NCBI GenBank assembly: GCA_025594325.1
Contig: JANHCV010000015.1
Span: 930,001-994,000 of the forward strand
DNA: 64,000 bases
Reading direction: 5' to 3'
From: Blastocladiella emersonii ATCC 22665
Taxonomy: Eukaryota > Fungi > Blastocladiomycota
The translations under genes and the position numbers were made by a program. The notes under the pieces were generated by a model. That model saw only the letters and a program-made list of their open reading frames with translations. It did no database searches and was not told where the DNA came from. The stretch's first letter is position 1. Every line of letters starts with the position of its first letter. Below are positions 21,791 to 34,663 of the stretch, one piece after another.

Positions 21791-23275
21791 ATGTCGACGA
21801 ATCTGAGCGCGGCCTCGGCAAGCCCCCCGCGGCGCATGAGCTATCTGCCCTCAATGACGTCGCCGGTCGGGTCGCCGCCGAACGGCGGCGGCGCGTCGCT
21901 GCTGGCGCTGTCGGCGGACCCGCTCGAAGATGCGGACCCGGAGCGGCTGGCGGCGATGCTGCACGACTCGCAGCAGGTGACGTCGGTGCTGGCCGAGGAG
22001 AACGAGTACCTGCAGCGCAAGACGGCCAACCAGGCGTCCGAGGCGGCCAAGCTCAACGCGACGGTGGCGCGGCTCGAGCAGGCGCTGTTCCGGGCGCAGG
22101 CGCAGATCGACGACCTGCAGCGCGACCGCGCCTCGCTCGCGGCGGCCAAGCGGTCGCTCGAGAAGAAGCTCGACTCGGAGGTGTCGCTGCTCGACACGGA
22201 GCGGCTGACGTGGGTCCAGCGCGAGGAGGAGCTCGCCGAGCTGCGCAAGACGGTGCGCCACGCCACTTCGGTCGCCCTCAACGCGTCGCCGCCGTCGTCC
22301 CAGGTCGGCGACGACACGCAGTCGGTGGTGGACGAGGCCGAGATGGGCGTGGGCGACGCGGCGGCGCAGCGCATGACGTCGGCGGCCACGGCGCGCGACA
22401 TCAAGGCGGCGTCGCGGGCGCTGCGGGCGCAGGAGTCGCTGATTGTCGACCTGCGCGGCGAGATCAGCGAGCTGTCGTCGACGCTCGACACGGCCAACGC
22501 GCACAACGACGAGCTCAAGGACCGCGTGGTCGAGCTGTCCAACGAGCTGATCCAGCTCGAGGAGATCAACAAGGCGCTCATGGAGGAGAACGAGGCGTTC
22601 CAGATGCTGCTGTCGGAGCGCACCGTCAACGGCGATTTCTACCTGGCGCGGCCGCTGTCCGAGTACACGGACGAGGCCACGTCGCCGACCGGGACGCTGG
22701 CGGGGGCGTCGGCGTCGTCCACGTCGCTCGCGGCCGAGATCGAGGCGCCGGCCAACGCCGAGGAGGTGCGGCGGCTCACGCAGGAGAACAAGGCGCTCAC
22801 CGTGTACATCCAGAAGATCCTGTCGCGCATCATGGAGCACCCGGAGCTGCAGCTGCTCCTCGCGCAGGACTACTCGGCCGACGTGGCGGCGCCCGCCATC
22901 CGGTCGTCGTCGCTGACCCCGGCCGCCGAGGGGAGCAGCGGCAAGACCGCGTCGTCGGTGGCGTCGCGCCGCACCACGATCGCGGGCGCCACGCCCGAGT
23001 CGGCGGCCAAGCGCGCGTCCAAGCGGCTCAGCTGGATCCCGCGCCGCGTGTCCATGTTCGCCGGCGGGCTCGGGCTCGCGGCCGGCGGCGGCTCGGGCAA
23101 CGGCGGCAGCACGTCGCCAGGCTCGCAGCGCGACCGGTCGCGGTCCCCGCTCGAGGGCGACTCGGTGGCCGAGGACGTCGAGGGCGAGGCGGCGGGCGGC
23201 GACGCGGACCGCGACACGGTGCTGGTCGTCGACACGCCGACGCCCATGCCGCTGCCAAGCGCGCGGATCCGCTGA
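21791..23275 (+). CDS. Long coiled-coil protein with a Rab11-FIP/Nuf RBD-like motif
   Basis: Heptad-rich 494-aa ORF with strong codon bias and the motif ENKALTVYIQKILSRIMEHP. Confidence 0.75.
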   Translation: MSTNLSAASASPPRRMSYLPSMTSPVGSPPNGGGASLLALSADPLEDADPERLAAMLHDSQQVTSVLAEENEYLQRKTANQASEAAKLNATVARLEQALFRAQAQIDDLQRDRASLAAAKRSLEKKLDSEVSLLDTERLTWVQREEELAELRKTVRHATSVALNASPPSSQVGDDTQSVVDEAEMGVGDAAAQRMTSAATARDIKAASRALRAQESLIVDLRGEISELSSTLDTANAHNDELKDRVVELSNELIQLEEINKALMEENEAFQMLLSERTVNGDFYLARPLSEYTDEATSPTGTLAGASASSTSLAAEIEAPANAEEVRRLTQENKALTVYIQKILSRIMEHPELQLLLAQDYSADVAAPAIRSSSLTPAAEGSSGKTASSVASRRTTIAGATPESAAKRASKRLSWIPRRVSMFAGGLGLAAGGGSGNGGSTSPGSQRDRSRSPLEGDSVAEDVEGEAAGGDADRDTVLVVDTPTPMPLPSARIR

Positions 23276-23600
23276 CGAGGGACGGGAGAGAACCAGTTTT
23301 GTTCATGTATTCTTTGTGTAATAATTACCATGCCGTGACACGCGCCTTCCTGCGTTCTTCCTCGAAGCGAACGCCACCGGCGGGACCGCCACCCTTCGCG
23401 CCGACCGCGCCGACCGCGCCGACCGACCGCCAGCCTCGCGCCCGCGCCCGCCCCCTCTCCTCCCCACACTGCATGCCCACCTCGCCTCCCGCACCACACA
23501 CCGATGGAACACCGTAGAAGTCGCTGCATCGTCGCCCTGTAACCGCGCATTGCCCACCACGAACGCCACGAACGCAACAACCACCGCCCACGCCGACGCC

Positions 23601-26600
23601 ATGTCCATCACGCCCGCCCCCGTCCTCGACGCCGGGCAATGGATCCAGGACCCGGCGGTACGCGTTGCCGACGCTGCCGAACCCTCGCCCCAAGGGCTGC
23701 CCGCTCACGCCCCGGTGTGCGACCCTCTAGCTGCTCGCGCGCGCCGCCCTGCCGACGGGCTGCCCGCACCCGCCCGCGCTGCCCGCGCCCGAGATCCCCG
23801 CCGACACGCCGGCCGACGTGGCGCCGATTGCGCGCGACTTTGCCGACTTTGCCGCCAAGCCCTACTTTGCCGGCTTCGTGCGCAAGGCCAACCGCCAGGC
23901 GCCCGACGGCCGCGCCCTGCCGCGCCTGGACTGGTCGTGCTGGTACGTCGAGCACACGGGCCCGATCCTCGTCTTCTGGCCGTGCTCGGCGCTCCCGCTG
24001 CCCGCCGCCGCCGCCGCCGACCCGTCGCTCGTCGACGCCTGGGTCCTGCACCTCAAGACCACCGCCACCCCAAACTTCATCAACATCACCGACTCGGACG
24101 TGCGCGCCGTCGCGCCCTCGGCCGCCGCCACCGACGGCCGCGACCACGTCCTCGCTCTCAACACCGCCGGGTGCAACCTGTACCTGCTCGAGGCCGCGTC
24201 GCCCGCCGAGCGCGACCGCTGGGTCGCCAGCGTGCGCCTCGCCTGCTTCGAGTTCTCCAAGCTGCACGAGTGCTACACGGCCGCCTTGCTGCGCCGGCCC
24301 TCGCTCGCCACCGTCCCCGTCGCCGCAGAGCCCGCCTTTGCCGGCTACGTCCAGGTCCGCTACTCGGGCAGCACCGAGTGGACGCGCCTGTGGTGTGTCG
24401 TCAACCCCGAGAAGCCCGTCGGCTCCACCACCACCACCGGCGGCCTGCTCAAGCGCAAGTCCGTCGTCGTGACCCCGGACCGCGGCCAGATCGCCTTCTA
24501 CGCCACCAAGAAGGCCAAGAAGCCTGTCCTCACCCTCTGCAACGTGTTCCAGGCCTACGCCGTGTACCCGGAGCGCCCGCACCTCATCGACCTCTCCATG
24601 CTGTGCAAGGTCGAGGGCACCCTCTTCCTCGACGAGTCCAACCCGGCCTCGCCCGTCCCCTCCCCGTCCTTTGTCCTCATCATGACCTCGACCCCCGCCG
24701 AGATGGCCTCGTTCCTCGTCGCCACCTTTGCCCGCTTCCACCTCTACAACGTCGACCCCGTCGGCCGCCGCCGCGCCGGCTCCATCGGCGATACCACCTC
24801 CATGCGCGTCACCCCGCCGCCCCGCTCCGCCGCCGGCCCCGCACTCTACCTCGACCCGACCGCCGTCATCGGCCTCACTCGCGTCGACGGCGACCTCGTC
24901 GATACCAAGGCCCACCTCGAACGCATCCTCGCCGAGGCCCGCACCGTCACCGCCGACTCGGCCGTCGCTTCCTCAACCCGCTCGATTGCGCCCGCCTCGT
25001 CCGTCGGCGCCGCCGTGCCCCGCCCCGGGTCCGCCTCGCCCGTGCCGCGGCCCGGCTCGTCCACGGGCCCCGTGCGACCCGGCAGCGCCGTCATGAGCAC
25101 CCGCGCCCAGCAGCAGCAGCTCCCGTCCGAATCGGAAGAGTCTGAGCTCAGCGAATCGGCCGACGATGACGACGACTCGTCCGAATCCGACGACTCCGAG
25201 TCTGAATCTGAATCCGAGTCCGAGTCGGAATCGGGCTCCGACGTGTCCACGCCCGTCGCTCGCGACATGGCCCGCATGTCCATCCACGCACCGCCCACAG
25301 GCACCCCCGTCATCGAGGACACGCTGACCGTCAAGTCGTCGTCGGCCCTGCTCGAGAGCGCGACCGTCGGCTCCGAGTCGAGCGTCAACGGCGTGGGCGC
25401 CGCGACCAGCGGGGACGAGGACGATAGCTCGAGCGCCGAGGGGTCCGAGAGCGAGTCCGGGTCCGAGGAGGAGGAGTCGACGGAAAGTGAGGAGTCGGGC
25501 GACTCAGACTCAGAGTCCGAGTCGGAGAGTGAGTCGGGCAGCGACTCGGAGAACAGCAACTCGGAGAGCGAGGAGAGCGAGTCCTCGTCTGGGTCTGACG
25601 ACGAGGAGGACTATGATGATGACGACGGCCAGCTCGCCGCCGCGTCCCTGTACGACCCCAACTCGGCGGCCTTTGACCCCAACGCCATCGACTTCATGTC
25701 AGGGCTCGGCGGCAACCCGGGCATGATGATGAGCGCCCAGAATGCGGAAATGGCGGCGGGCGGCAGCGTGCGGGCCGCCGAGTTCGCGCCCAACTCGCTC
25801 CTGTCCAACCCGAACGCGGCGCCGACCAACCGCGAGAACGAGGAGCCGCTCGTCCCCGCCTTCGTGCAGTTTGGCGGTCTCCTCGCGCGGCCCAAGCCGT
25901 CGCTCCTCGCGCAGCACCAGGAGGTCCAGAAGCGTCAGCAGTACTACGCACAGCTCCAGACGCACCAGCAGCAGCAGCAGCTCGAGGCCCAGATGCGCCA
26001 GCAGGAGACGTACGCGGCGCTCAACCGGCCGCGCGGCCCGCTGCTCACCATGACGCCGCGGAACCGCGACCGCGAGGCGTCGGGCCTGCTCAGCGTCGTG
26101 TCGACCCGCGAGAAGACGCGCCAGCAGCAGAAGAACATGTACACGGGCTTCTCGTCGTCGGGCGTCGCCGAGCTTGTCGAGCGCGGGGCCGGGTCGGGCA
26201 AGCAGCTCGCCATGGACTTTGAGCGCGACCGCGAGCGGCTCCTCGCCCTCGAGCAGCGCCAGATGGCCAAGGAGCTCGCCGAGGAGCGCCAGCGGCTCGA
26301 GGAGATGATGCAGGTCAAGCGCGAGCAGCAGCGCGCCCAGCTCCAGCAGCAGCAGGTCGCCCTCCAGCAGCAGCAGCAGGCCGCCGCCGTCGCCGCCCAG
26401 CAGCAGCAGCAACAGCAGCAGCAGCTCCTCTGGCAGCAGCAGCAGGAACAGCAGCGCGTCCAGGAGCAGCAGCGCCAGCAGCAGCAGCAGCAGCAGTACG
26501 CGGCCGCCATGGGCATGTACGGCGCCCAGTCGTCCGGCGCACCCGGCTACGGCGCGCCCGACCCGCGCTCCAGCTTCATGATGCAGCAGCCCATGGGCAT

Positions 26601-27267
26601 GATGCCCGTGGGATCCAACCCCATGGCCGCTGCTGCCGCCATGTCTTCGGACTCGGACGACGGGTCCTCGGACGGCGACGAGACCGGGTCCGAGTCGGGG
26701 TCCGACGCCGCTTCGCAGTCCGGCTCCGAGTCGGCGTCCGGCGCTGGGTCGGGCACCGAGGACAGTGTCGAGAGCGACGGCCACGACGACGAGTCTTCCT
26801 CCGAGGACGAGCAGGTGCGCCGCCGCAAGCGGCAGCCGACCAAGTCGGCGACTCGCGGCGCGGCCAACGGCAAGTCCAAGCGCGACAGCAACAAGACCAT
26901 GTCCATGATGGGCGGCCTCCCACCAGGCAGCGCGGGCTTCTACGGTGCGCCCGGTGCGCCCGGCGGCTACATGCCCGCCATGTACGGCATGTCGCCCATG
27001 ATGATGCCGCCGCCGCAGGCTGGGATCCCCGGCATGGCGCCCATGCACCCGGCCGCCGCGTACCAGGCCATGCAGATGCAGCAGATGATGATGATGTCGC
27101 CCATGATGCAGAGCATGATGGTCCCGCCCGCATTCCAGCAGCAGCAGCAGCAACAGCAGCCCGACCAAGGCCGCCGATCCGATGGCAAGAAGAAGTCGGG
27201 CGGCAAGAAGTCGCCGCCCGCGGACTCCAAGAAGAAGACCAGCAGCAAGAAAAAGTCCAGATCGTGA
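23601..27267 (+). CDS. Skg3/Caf120-like tandem PH-domain protein with acidic Ser/Glu, polyQ and Met-rich low-complexity tail (intron 23658-23730)
   Basis: YFAGFVRK...PNFINITD...LNTAGCNLYLL...RWVASVRLACFE...ECYTAALL...FAGYVQVRYSGSTEWTRLWCVV. The 57-nt first exon splices in frame. Confidence 0.8.
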
Positions 27268-27914
27268 TCAACGACTGTTGCCCGTCACTAATTCGCACCT
27301 TAACGCGGAAATATATCTGCTGCCTAGCACCATCGAATGCATCGGTGACCATCAGTTAGCGATACCTACTGCGCAGGGAGATGTTCGATCAAATTCAACT
27401 CAGGGTCAGATCGACCCGTTGGGGGGCTGCTCACGCCAAGGACGTTGGCACAACAGGGGCGCGAAGTCAAGTCAGCGTTCCTTGTTGCCAACTACGTCAA
27501 GTCCAAGGGTTTTCTTTCGTGCGCAAGAGTGAGAACAATAGTCGGCCAAGAATTTAGGCAGTTTAATAAAGGAGCGGCCGCGTGGGGCTGGGTGGTCGAC
27601 CGTGGTCATGGCCATGGCCACCACTCCCGCGGCCACGGACACTTTCAACCCAGCGAGACCATGGCCGGTGGGCCGAGGCTTGAAAAAATTTACATCGTGA
27701 CATGGATTAGCATCGGCAATCAATAATAGATCAAAACGATGACAGACGCGAGAGCATCAAGAGGCGAGACCCACGCGGCAAGAGAGGCGATCCGCCGGCC
27801 CAAGAGCGCCTCCTTCCCGAGCGTCGAGAGCAAGTTCATGAAATAAAGTGTATAAATGTCAATTGGTGCAAGTGTTGAGATGAATGGTGGAGGGGAAACG
27901 GTTGAATCGGGTTG

Positions 27915-30900
27915 TCATGTCAGCGGTTGGAGGATGTGATGGTCGTGATGCTGCATGGACTGCAGACTCACTCGCTGCTGCAGGTGCTGATGGTGATGCG
28001 GATGAGGGTGAAGATGGGGATGCTGATGGTTTGTGTGTTGGACGTGCCCGAGCCCGAGCGCGCTCCATTGCACGTCGCCGTGCAGCAGCGGGTAGCTTGG
28101 CGACTGGTTCAACGGGGTACCTTGCGACGAGCTCGTCGGTGTCGGAAGCGCGAGCCACGGTCCGGGGAGCCTCGCAGCAATCGTGGTCGTGGGAGCTGCG
28201 AGTGCGGCGGTCGCGGCTGACGGCACCGGCTGAGGGGGGAAAAGCGCGTCATAGTAAGGAGTCGGCGCCTGCGTATGCGACTGTGCCGAGTAGGCTGATT
28301 GCGAGAACGTCGTGGAACCAGGCGGCACTGCTGCTCCAATATGGTTGCTGTTGCTGTGAGAGAGGCTGTTCCCGTCGACATGATGATCCTGGGCTGCAGG
28401 GGATTTGGCAACACGACGATTTGAGCGAGGTTTCGCTCTGCTTTTTCGTTTCGCCTTGGCCGCATCGGAAGTGTCCGCGACAGTCGCCGCTGTTGGTGGA
28501 AGCGTAGTACTTGGAGAGCTGGCTGGCGGGACACCCTCGGCGATGGCAATATCCTGCTTGAGTTTGGCAACAGCCCGCGGTTTGATGCGCGGCCTCCGCG
28601 GTGCTCGATGCTTGCGCACGGCGCCAACAGGTGGTACCGGTTCGGCCGTGTCCGATCCCGAGGTAGACAAGCGGTGCGCATTGGTTGATGAGGAAGCTGA
28701 CGCAGATGCACCCTCGCGATCCGCATCCAGCGCGTGCGGAGGCCGATTGGACGCGAGGACCGCCTCAACCATGGTGATCGGGGTCTCTTCTCCAAGCACG
28801 GTCGTGACCACGTCTCGCTCACGTCCAAGCGTCGAGTAGCAAGAGCGTTCCAAAGCAACGAGGGCGAGCCCAGCAAGGTCGGTGCGACGTGGAATCTTGT
28901 GAACGCGCAGCTGGTGCGTGCGCAAGTTACCCAGCTGCGTAAACGTCTTGCAGCACCCGTCAACGAGGCAGGTGTACGGCTTGAAGCCCGAGTGCATTCG
29001 CTCGTGGGTGCGCAAGTTCCCCAACTGCGCAAATGAGCGATTACACACGGAACACCGGAACGGCTTGTCGCCCGTGTGATGGCTATTTGATCCGCCGAGG
29101 TCAGAGCGATTGATTGAGCGAGGAGGTCATCAGCGAGTGAGTGGGGATAGGCGTACCGGCGATGCGTTGTCAGATTCCCCATCTGCGTAAACGCCTTGCC
29201 GCATCCTTGAAAGTCGCACACCTGTAAGGGCAACAATGCGGATGAGCCAATGTCGCGCGAGAGGCTTGCCGCAAAAACGTACGTAGGGTCGTTCGCCATT
29301 GTGGATACGCTGGTGCGTGCGGAGGTGCGTGAGCTGAGAGAACTCGCGGCCGCAGTCCGGGACTGGACAAACCAGGTGCGGCCTCAGCGAATCGTCGCCT
29401 TCTTCGTCATCCAACACCTCGGACGAACTTTGTTGATCCGTGTCCATGGCCATGTCGACAAAGCGTGGGCCAGGGCCACGATCCGACGACCCAGCAGCTG
29501 AGCCCCATGACGAGCCATGCAGGTCCAGGTCTTCGAGAAGCGAGCGCGCACCGCCGAGTGAGGAAGACGTAACCGAGAGCGAAGGCGAAGAAGCATGGCG
29601 CGTAGTGGTGCCGTCACTGACGGTTGCTGCTCCTGGTTTCTCCAGAAGTGCTGGACTGGCTGGAGGGCAATTGGACCGGGCGTTGAGGTGGGGAAAGCGT
29701 CGGTGCAAGTGTGTCGATGCTGCCGACGGTTTCTGATGCGGTTCCTGCGGTAGAAAAGCCGAAGGGGATGAGACCAACGGGGACTGGAAGGAGATTGGAG
29801 GTTGAGATGCGTTAAAAGTCCGGTCGAGCTCGATGCTCGGGTCCGAGGCCTTCGGCGACAAGGAATCAACGGGATGATGGCGAGAAACGGAGTCGACCCA
29901 CAGCTGAAGCGAATGCTGTTGTTCTTGCTGCTGCTCTTCGTCAAGCTGTGTGGGCTGTGACGGCTGCTCGCTTGCCTGCAGAGCAAGCGGACTGGTGCTG
30001 GGCAACGCAAACAACCCTTGGTTGGCCTGGTCTTGCGGAGGATGGCATGCGAGAAGGTTTGCGAGGGAACCGGTGTCCTGCGAGTCTGCTTCTGGAGCAA
30101 GGTCCATGGCCTCGTGGTCGGTAGCGGACAGAAAGTCGGGGGTCGCGGGTCCTGCAGCAGGCGGAGTCCGGAACTCGGACGTGCCGCCGTTGAGAAACTC
30201 CCATGCACTGCTGTCCATGGAGAACGGCACCTCGACGCCCGCGCCGGTCATGGCCGAATCGGCCGCGGAGAAAAAGTCGATGCCAACGGGAGGGCCGAGA
30301 TCAGAAGAAGCGCTAAGCGGAGTCGAAGTTGGCATCGATTGCGGCGGATCAAACAGCATGGACGAGTAAGCGTGGGCATGAGAGAAGTGAGCGGCCGAGA
30401 GTGGCATGAAGGTCGAGTGTTGGATTGACTCGCTCCCGCCGGCCACTGGTAGCGAAGCCGTGGGCGTGTTGAGCTCGGACAGGAAGCTGGGCGGGGCGAC
30501 TTCAGGGTGAGGGTCCGCGCTGGTGCAGACCGGGGGTGCGAGTTTGAGCCAGGTGGGCGTGGTCGACGCGCTGCCGAATCCGCGGCCGAGCCCAGCACCA
30601 GGGCAGTCGCACGTCTCGCGCCCGGCGGCGGCACACAAAGGGCAAGAAGTCGAGGGCCCCATGTTCTGGATGCGCGGGTGAAGGTAAGGTAGCGAGTCCG
30701 TCATGGAGAGCCCTGCGGGCGGGGTGAGCTGATCAGTCGACTCGGGCAAACGTTGGCTCTTGAGGGACGACGGCGCGAGATCGCGTTGAGGCTGCAGGGC
30801 GAGCTGTTGTAGCGGCTGCTGGTGGCGCTCCATGGGCCAGCCGCCGAGAGCCTCCATGGCCGAGGACATGGTCGACAGGAGCGCGGCGCGACGCGTGTTG

Positions 30901-31190
30901 TGGTCGGCGAGGGCAGCGGCGACGGCCGACGACAGCGCGTCGAGCGTGTCGTCGCCCTGGACGCTGGGCAAGAGCAGGGGGAGATCGGAAAAGGTCGAGG
31001 ACGGGTCGCCGTGGGTCCGAGACGGGAACGGCATCCATCCCGCGTTCGTGGCCGAGGTCGGGTAGAGCGGCTGCGGCTCGGCCCACGATGCGGGTCCCGC
31101 GGCCGAGGCGGTGGCGGGTGGCAGAGGGCCCGAAGCGGCCGTGGCCCTTGCGGCATTACTTTGGCCAGGCAGAGGCGGGCCACCGAGCAT
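27915..31190 (-). CDS. C2H2 zinc-finger transcription factor, Azf1-like (4 fingers; introns 29282-29222 and one at about 29155-29083)
   Basis: Spliced fingers CPVPDCGREFSQLTHLRTHQRIHNGERPY, CDFQGCGKAFTQMGNLTTH, CSVCNRSFAQLGNLRTHERMH and CLVDGCCKTFTQLGNLRTHQLRVH. The start Met is uncertain. Confidence 0.85.
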
Positions 31191-31721
31191 GGTGTGGGGC
31201 GAGGGGAGGCGATCGGCGCGTCGCGGGTCGATGGACAGGCGGCGAAGGTTGAGCGGTAGTGCCGAGGACGGCAAGTGTCAGGCACGGGCCCAGGCAGGGC
31301 GGGACGTGGCGCAGAGGCTGTTCGGTCGCGGCGAGTAGCAAGAAGGAGCAGCGCGGGGGGAGCAGAGGGAAGAAGAAGCGGGCTGTCGCGGGGACGGCGG
31401 GGCACGCGACGCGACGCGCCCGCGGCTCGGGCGGACGCGCGGCGGGCGCGAGAACACGCGACCGGGCGCGCAATGGGAAGCTGGCCCTGCCGGGCGGGGA
31501 GGGAGACGCGCAGGGAGACGCGCGGGTGCGAGACATTCGGCGAAATTGGGCGCGACGCGTGGGTAGGGCGGTCACGTGGCCGCGCGTCCTCGAGATGGCG
31601 TCATCCCTCGCTCGCTTCTCGCTTCTCGGCTCTCGAGTCAACTTTGCTCCGTGCGATGTACGATCATGGAATTCTAAGTGGGTGGGGGGTGAATACAAGA
31701 GGCGGCCGGGGTGGCTCGCGC

Positions 31722-33733
31722 TCACTTCTTCTGCCCGCTGGCCGCCTCCTTGGCGGCCTGGATCAGGGGGCCGAGCGACGTGAGCGGCGCGGCCTTGGCC
31801 AGGAACGGGTGGCGCAGCATCTCGGCCGCCGACGGCCGGCGGTCGGCGTCGACCTCGAGGCACTTGGCCAGAAAGTCGCGGAACGTGGACGAGAGCTGGC
31901 CGGGGTTCTGCAGCTGCGGCGTGCCGTTGGTCGCAATCAGGTACAGGGCGCGCAGCGGGTTCTCGTTGAGGTACGGCGGCTCGCCCTCGATGCACTCGAG
32001 GCACAGGATCCCCGTGCTCCACACGTCCACCTTGTCGCCGTAGTCCTTGCGCGTGACAATCTCGGGCGCCATCCAGTACGGCGTGCCGACCATGGTGTTG
32101 CGCTTGGACTGGTACTCGTTGATCTGCGCGCAGTACCCAAAGTCGGTGAGCTTGATCTGGCCCTGGTTGCTGAGCACCACGTTGTCGGACTTGATGTCGC
32201 GGTGGATGATGCCCTGCGAGTGCAGGTGCGCGAGCCCCTGCAGCACCTCGCGGCACACGGCCGCGATCTGGCCCTCGGTCATGAGGTTGTACGTGACCAC
32301 GTCCGTGAGCGCGCCGCCGTCCATGTACTCCATGACGACCCACAGGTCGCCCTTCCACAGGAACGCGTCGATGAAGTTGACAATGTTCGGGTGCTTGCTC
32401 TTCTTCATCACGACAATCTCGTTGATAATGAGCTCCTTCTTGGGCTGCTGGTCGAGGTTCATCTGCTTGACCGCCACCACCTCGCCCGTCGACACCTGCG
32501 TCGCCGTGTACACGCCGCCCGACGCGCCCTGCCCGATCTTGACCAGGTTGCGGTACTGCTTGGTCGGGTCGCCCTGCGACACAATCTGCTCGAGCCGCGC
32601 CACCACTGCCTCCTTGGTCATTTCGCGCGCGGGCGCCGCGGGCGCCGCGGGCGCCGCGGCATCCTTGGGCGGCGGCAGCGGCTTGTTGCTCGCAGCGACC
32701 GCGGCAGCCGTGGCACTCGCCAGCTTCTCGGGTGCGTTGGCCGGCATGGGGACCGACGGGGCCGCAGCCGCCGGTGCGGCCGTACCCGTGGCGATCGAGG
32801 ACTGGCGGTGCGGCCGGTTGTGCGAGTCGATGCGCTTCCCACTGGGTTTGCGGCCGATGCCCGGAGAGGTGGAGGGAGAAGTGAATGAGGAGGGGCCGGT
32901 GGTCGCTGGGGCAGCCGGCGCGTACGGGCGCGCGGGGACGGATGGCTTCGGAAGCAGCATCGGGGCAGGCGCTGCCGTGGCAAGCGACGTAGCGGGGAGC
33001 GGGGCGAGAGTCGGCACGGCGAGCGGGGCCGAGGTGGACGACTCAAAGGATAATGGTGGCAGCTGCGGGGCCGAGCTGGGATCCCGTGGGGGACCAGGAA
33101 CTGCTGGCGCGGGGCGGTGGCTGCTACCGGCGACGGCGGCAAGCGCAGCGCCGGCGGCAGATGGCGGCGAGGCGAGCTTGATGGCGGTTGCCGGGGCCGA
33201 GGGCTGGCCGCCGTACTGGAACTTTGTCCACGGGCTCGGCGAGTTGACGCCCTGGGCTTCCTTGGTCGCGTCCTGGTAGAAGCCGATGATGTCGAGCACG
33301 GTCTGCGGGTGCGCGCTCTGCTCCTGCTTGCTGATGCCCGACATGGAGATGAGCGCCTGCCAGTCGGGCGGGAGGCCCGTGAACTCGCCCGTGTCGGGGT
33401 TGTACCCGACGTGCGTGAGGTGCACCGGGTTGTAGGGCCCGCTGATGGTCAGCGACTTGAGCGCGGCAGCCGTTGGCGACAGCGAGTCGCTGCTGCGGGC
33501 CGAGCCGCCCCCGCTGCCGCTCCCAGAACCGCCGTTGCCGTTGTTGTTGAACATGTCTAGGCGACACGCGGGATCAGCAAACTGGCGGGGCTCGCCAACG
33601 ACGCGAGCGAGAGCGTACCCTTGGCTGCGCCGACAAAGTTGTTCAGGACGCCCTTGAAGCCCTTCTTCTTCTCGGTCGGGCCCGGGGGGCCCTCCTCGCT
33701 GTTGATGCTGGTGGAGCTGCCGTAGTTGGACAT
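31722..33733 (-). CDS. STE20: p21-activated kinase Ste20 (intron 33618-33557)
   Basis: [19 protein letters not shown]; kinase motifs [42 protein letters not shown]; C-terminal G-beta-binding-like [10 protein letters not shown]; no PH domain. Confidence 0.95.
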
Positions 33734-34663
33734 GGTGTAGAGCGGGCCCGAGGCCGAGACACGCGGCGGGAGGTGCGCGCTGGTGGCGGGGTGAGGGAGA
33801 GAAGTGCCAGTCGACGTGCGCAGCGGGTGGAAGTGGGCGGTGACGCCGGGCAGGACCGAGAGCGGAGCACGATGAGCTCGGCAGTTCGACGTCGCAATTA
33901 CACGGCACGGCGATGATGAGGGCGCGATGCTAGCCCTCGTTACGGTTGCAGCAAGTTCCAGAGCGTTACGACGTGGTGCTGGTGTGGTCGGGATGCGCGC
34001 GCGGGGCAAGCTTGCGCTGACGGGTGGCGCGCCGCTCGCCACCCCGCCGTCGCTGCCCCGGTCGCTGCTGCCTTCCCGCGCCACCGCGGCCGGCACGCTG
34101 GCACGGCGCCTGTGGGTCCTCGAGCGCCCGCCACCGGGATGGCCCTGCCACTCCCCACACACACATGCATGCTAATGATGTTTTGCCGCGCGCCGTCACC
34201 GAGAGACTCGTGGCAATGGATTCCGCGGTTCCGACGACGCGCCCGGGGACCATAGCCACACGCACTCTCGGGCGACCACATCTGCGCTTGCCCGGCGCTT
34301 GCCGTCCTCAGCATGCCACTCCGACAATAGAGCACTCCCGTGTGCCCATGGCCCTCACTCTGCTTGCTTGCTCACTGAAGCGGCGCCCGAGCTCGTCGTG
34401 TCACTGCGCTTGCGGCGCGGACACGGGCTGGCCTGCGTCAAGGCACATGCCACTGCGCGGCTGCCTACCCGGCGCTGCGCTCGATCCCGTCTCCTGCCCC
34501 TGCTTCCTAGCTCAACCTGCTCGGACTGCACATTGCTACTGTTATTCGGCTCCCTGACACCAAGTTTGGGGCTGTAACTTGTCCGTTGGACAACCGCAAC
34601 CACTGGTACTGAGCTGGCTGTTCGCGGGGCCAACCGCTGCCCGCCGTCGTTCGCCAACCTACG

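Noticed and set aside
33934-34640. Several 80-180 aa ORFs upstream of STE20
   Set aside because: They overlap in many frames with no bias or motifs; the region is best read as promoter/UTR DNA.
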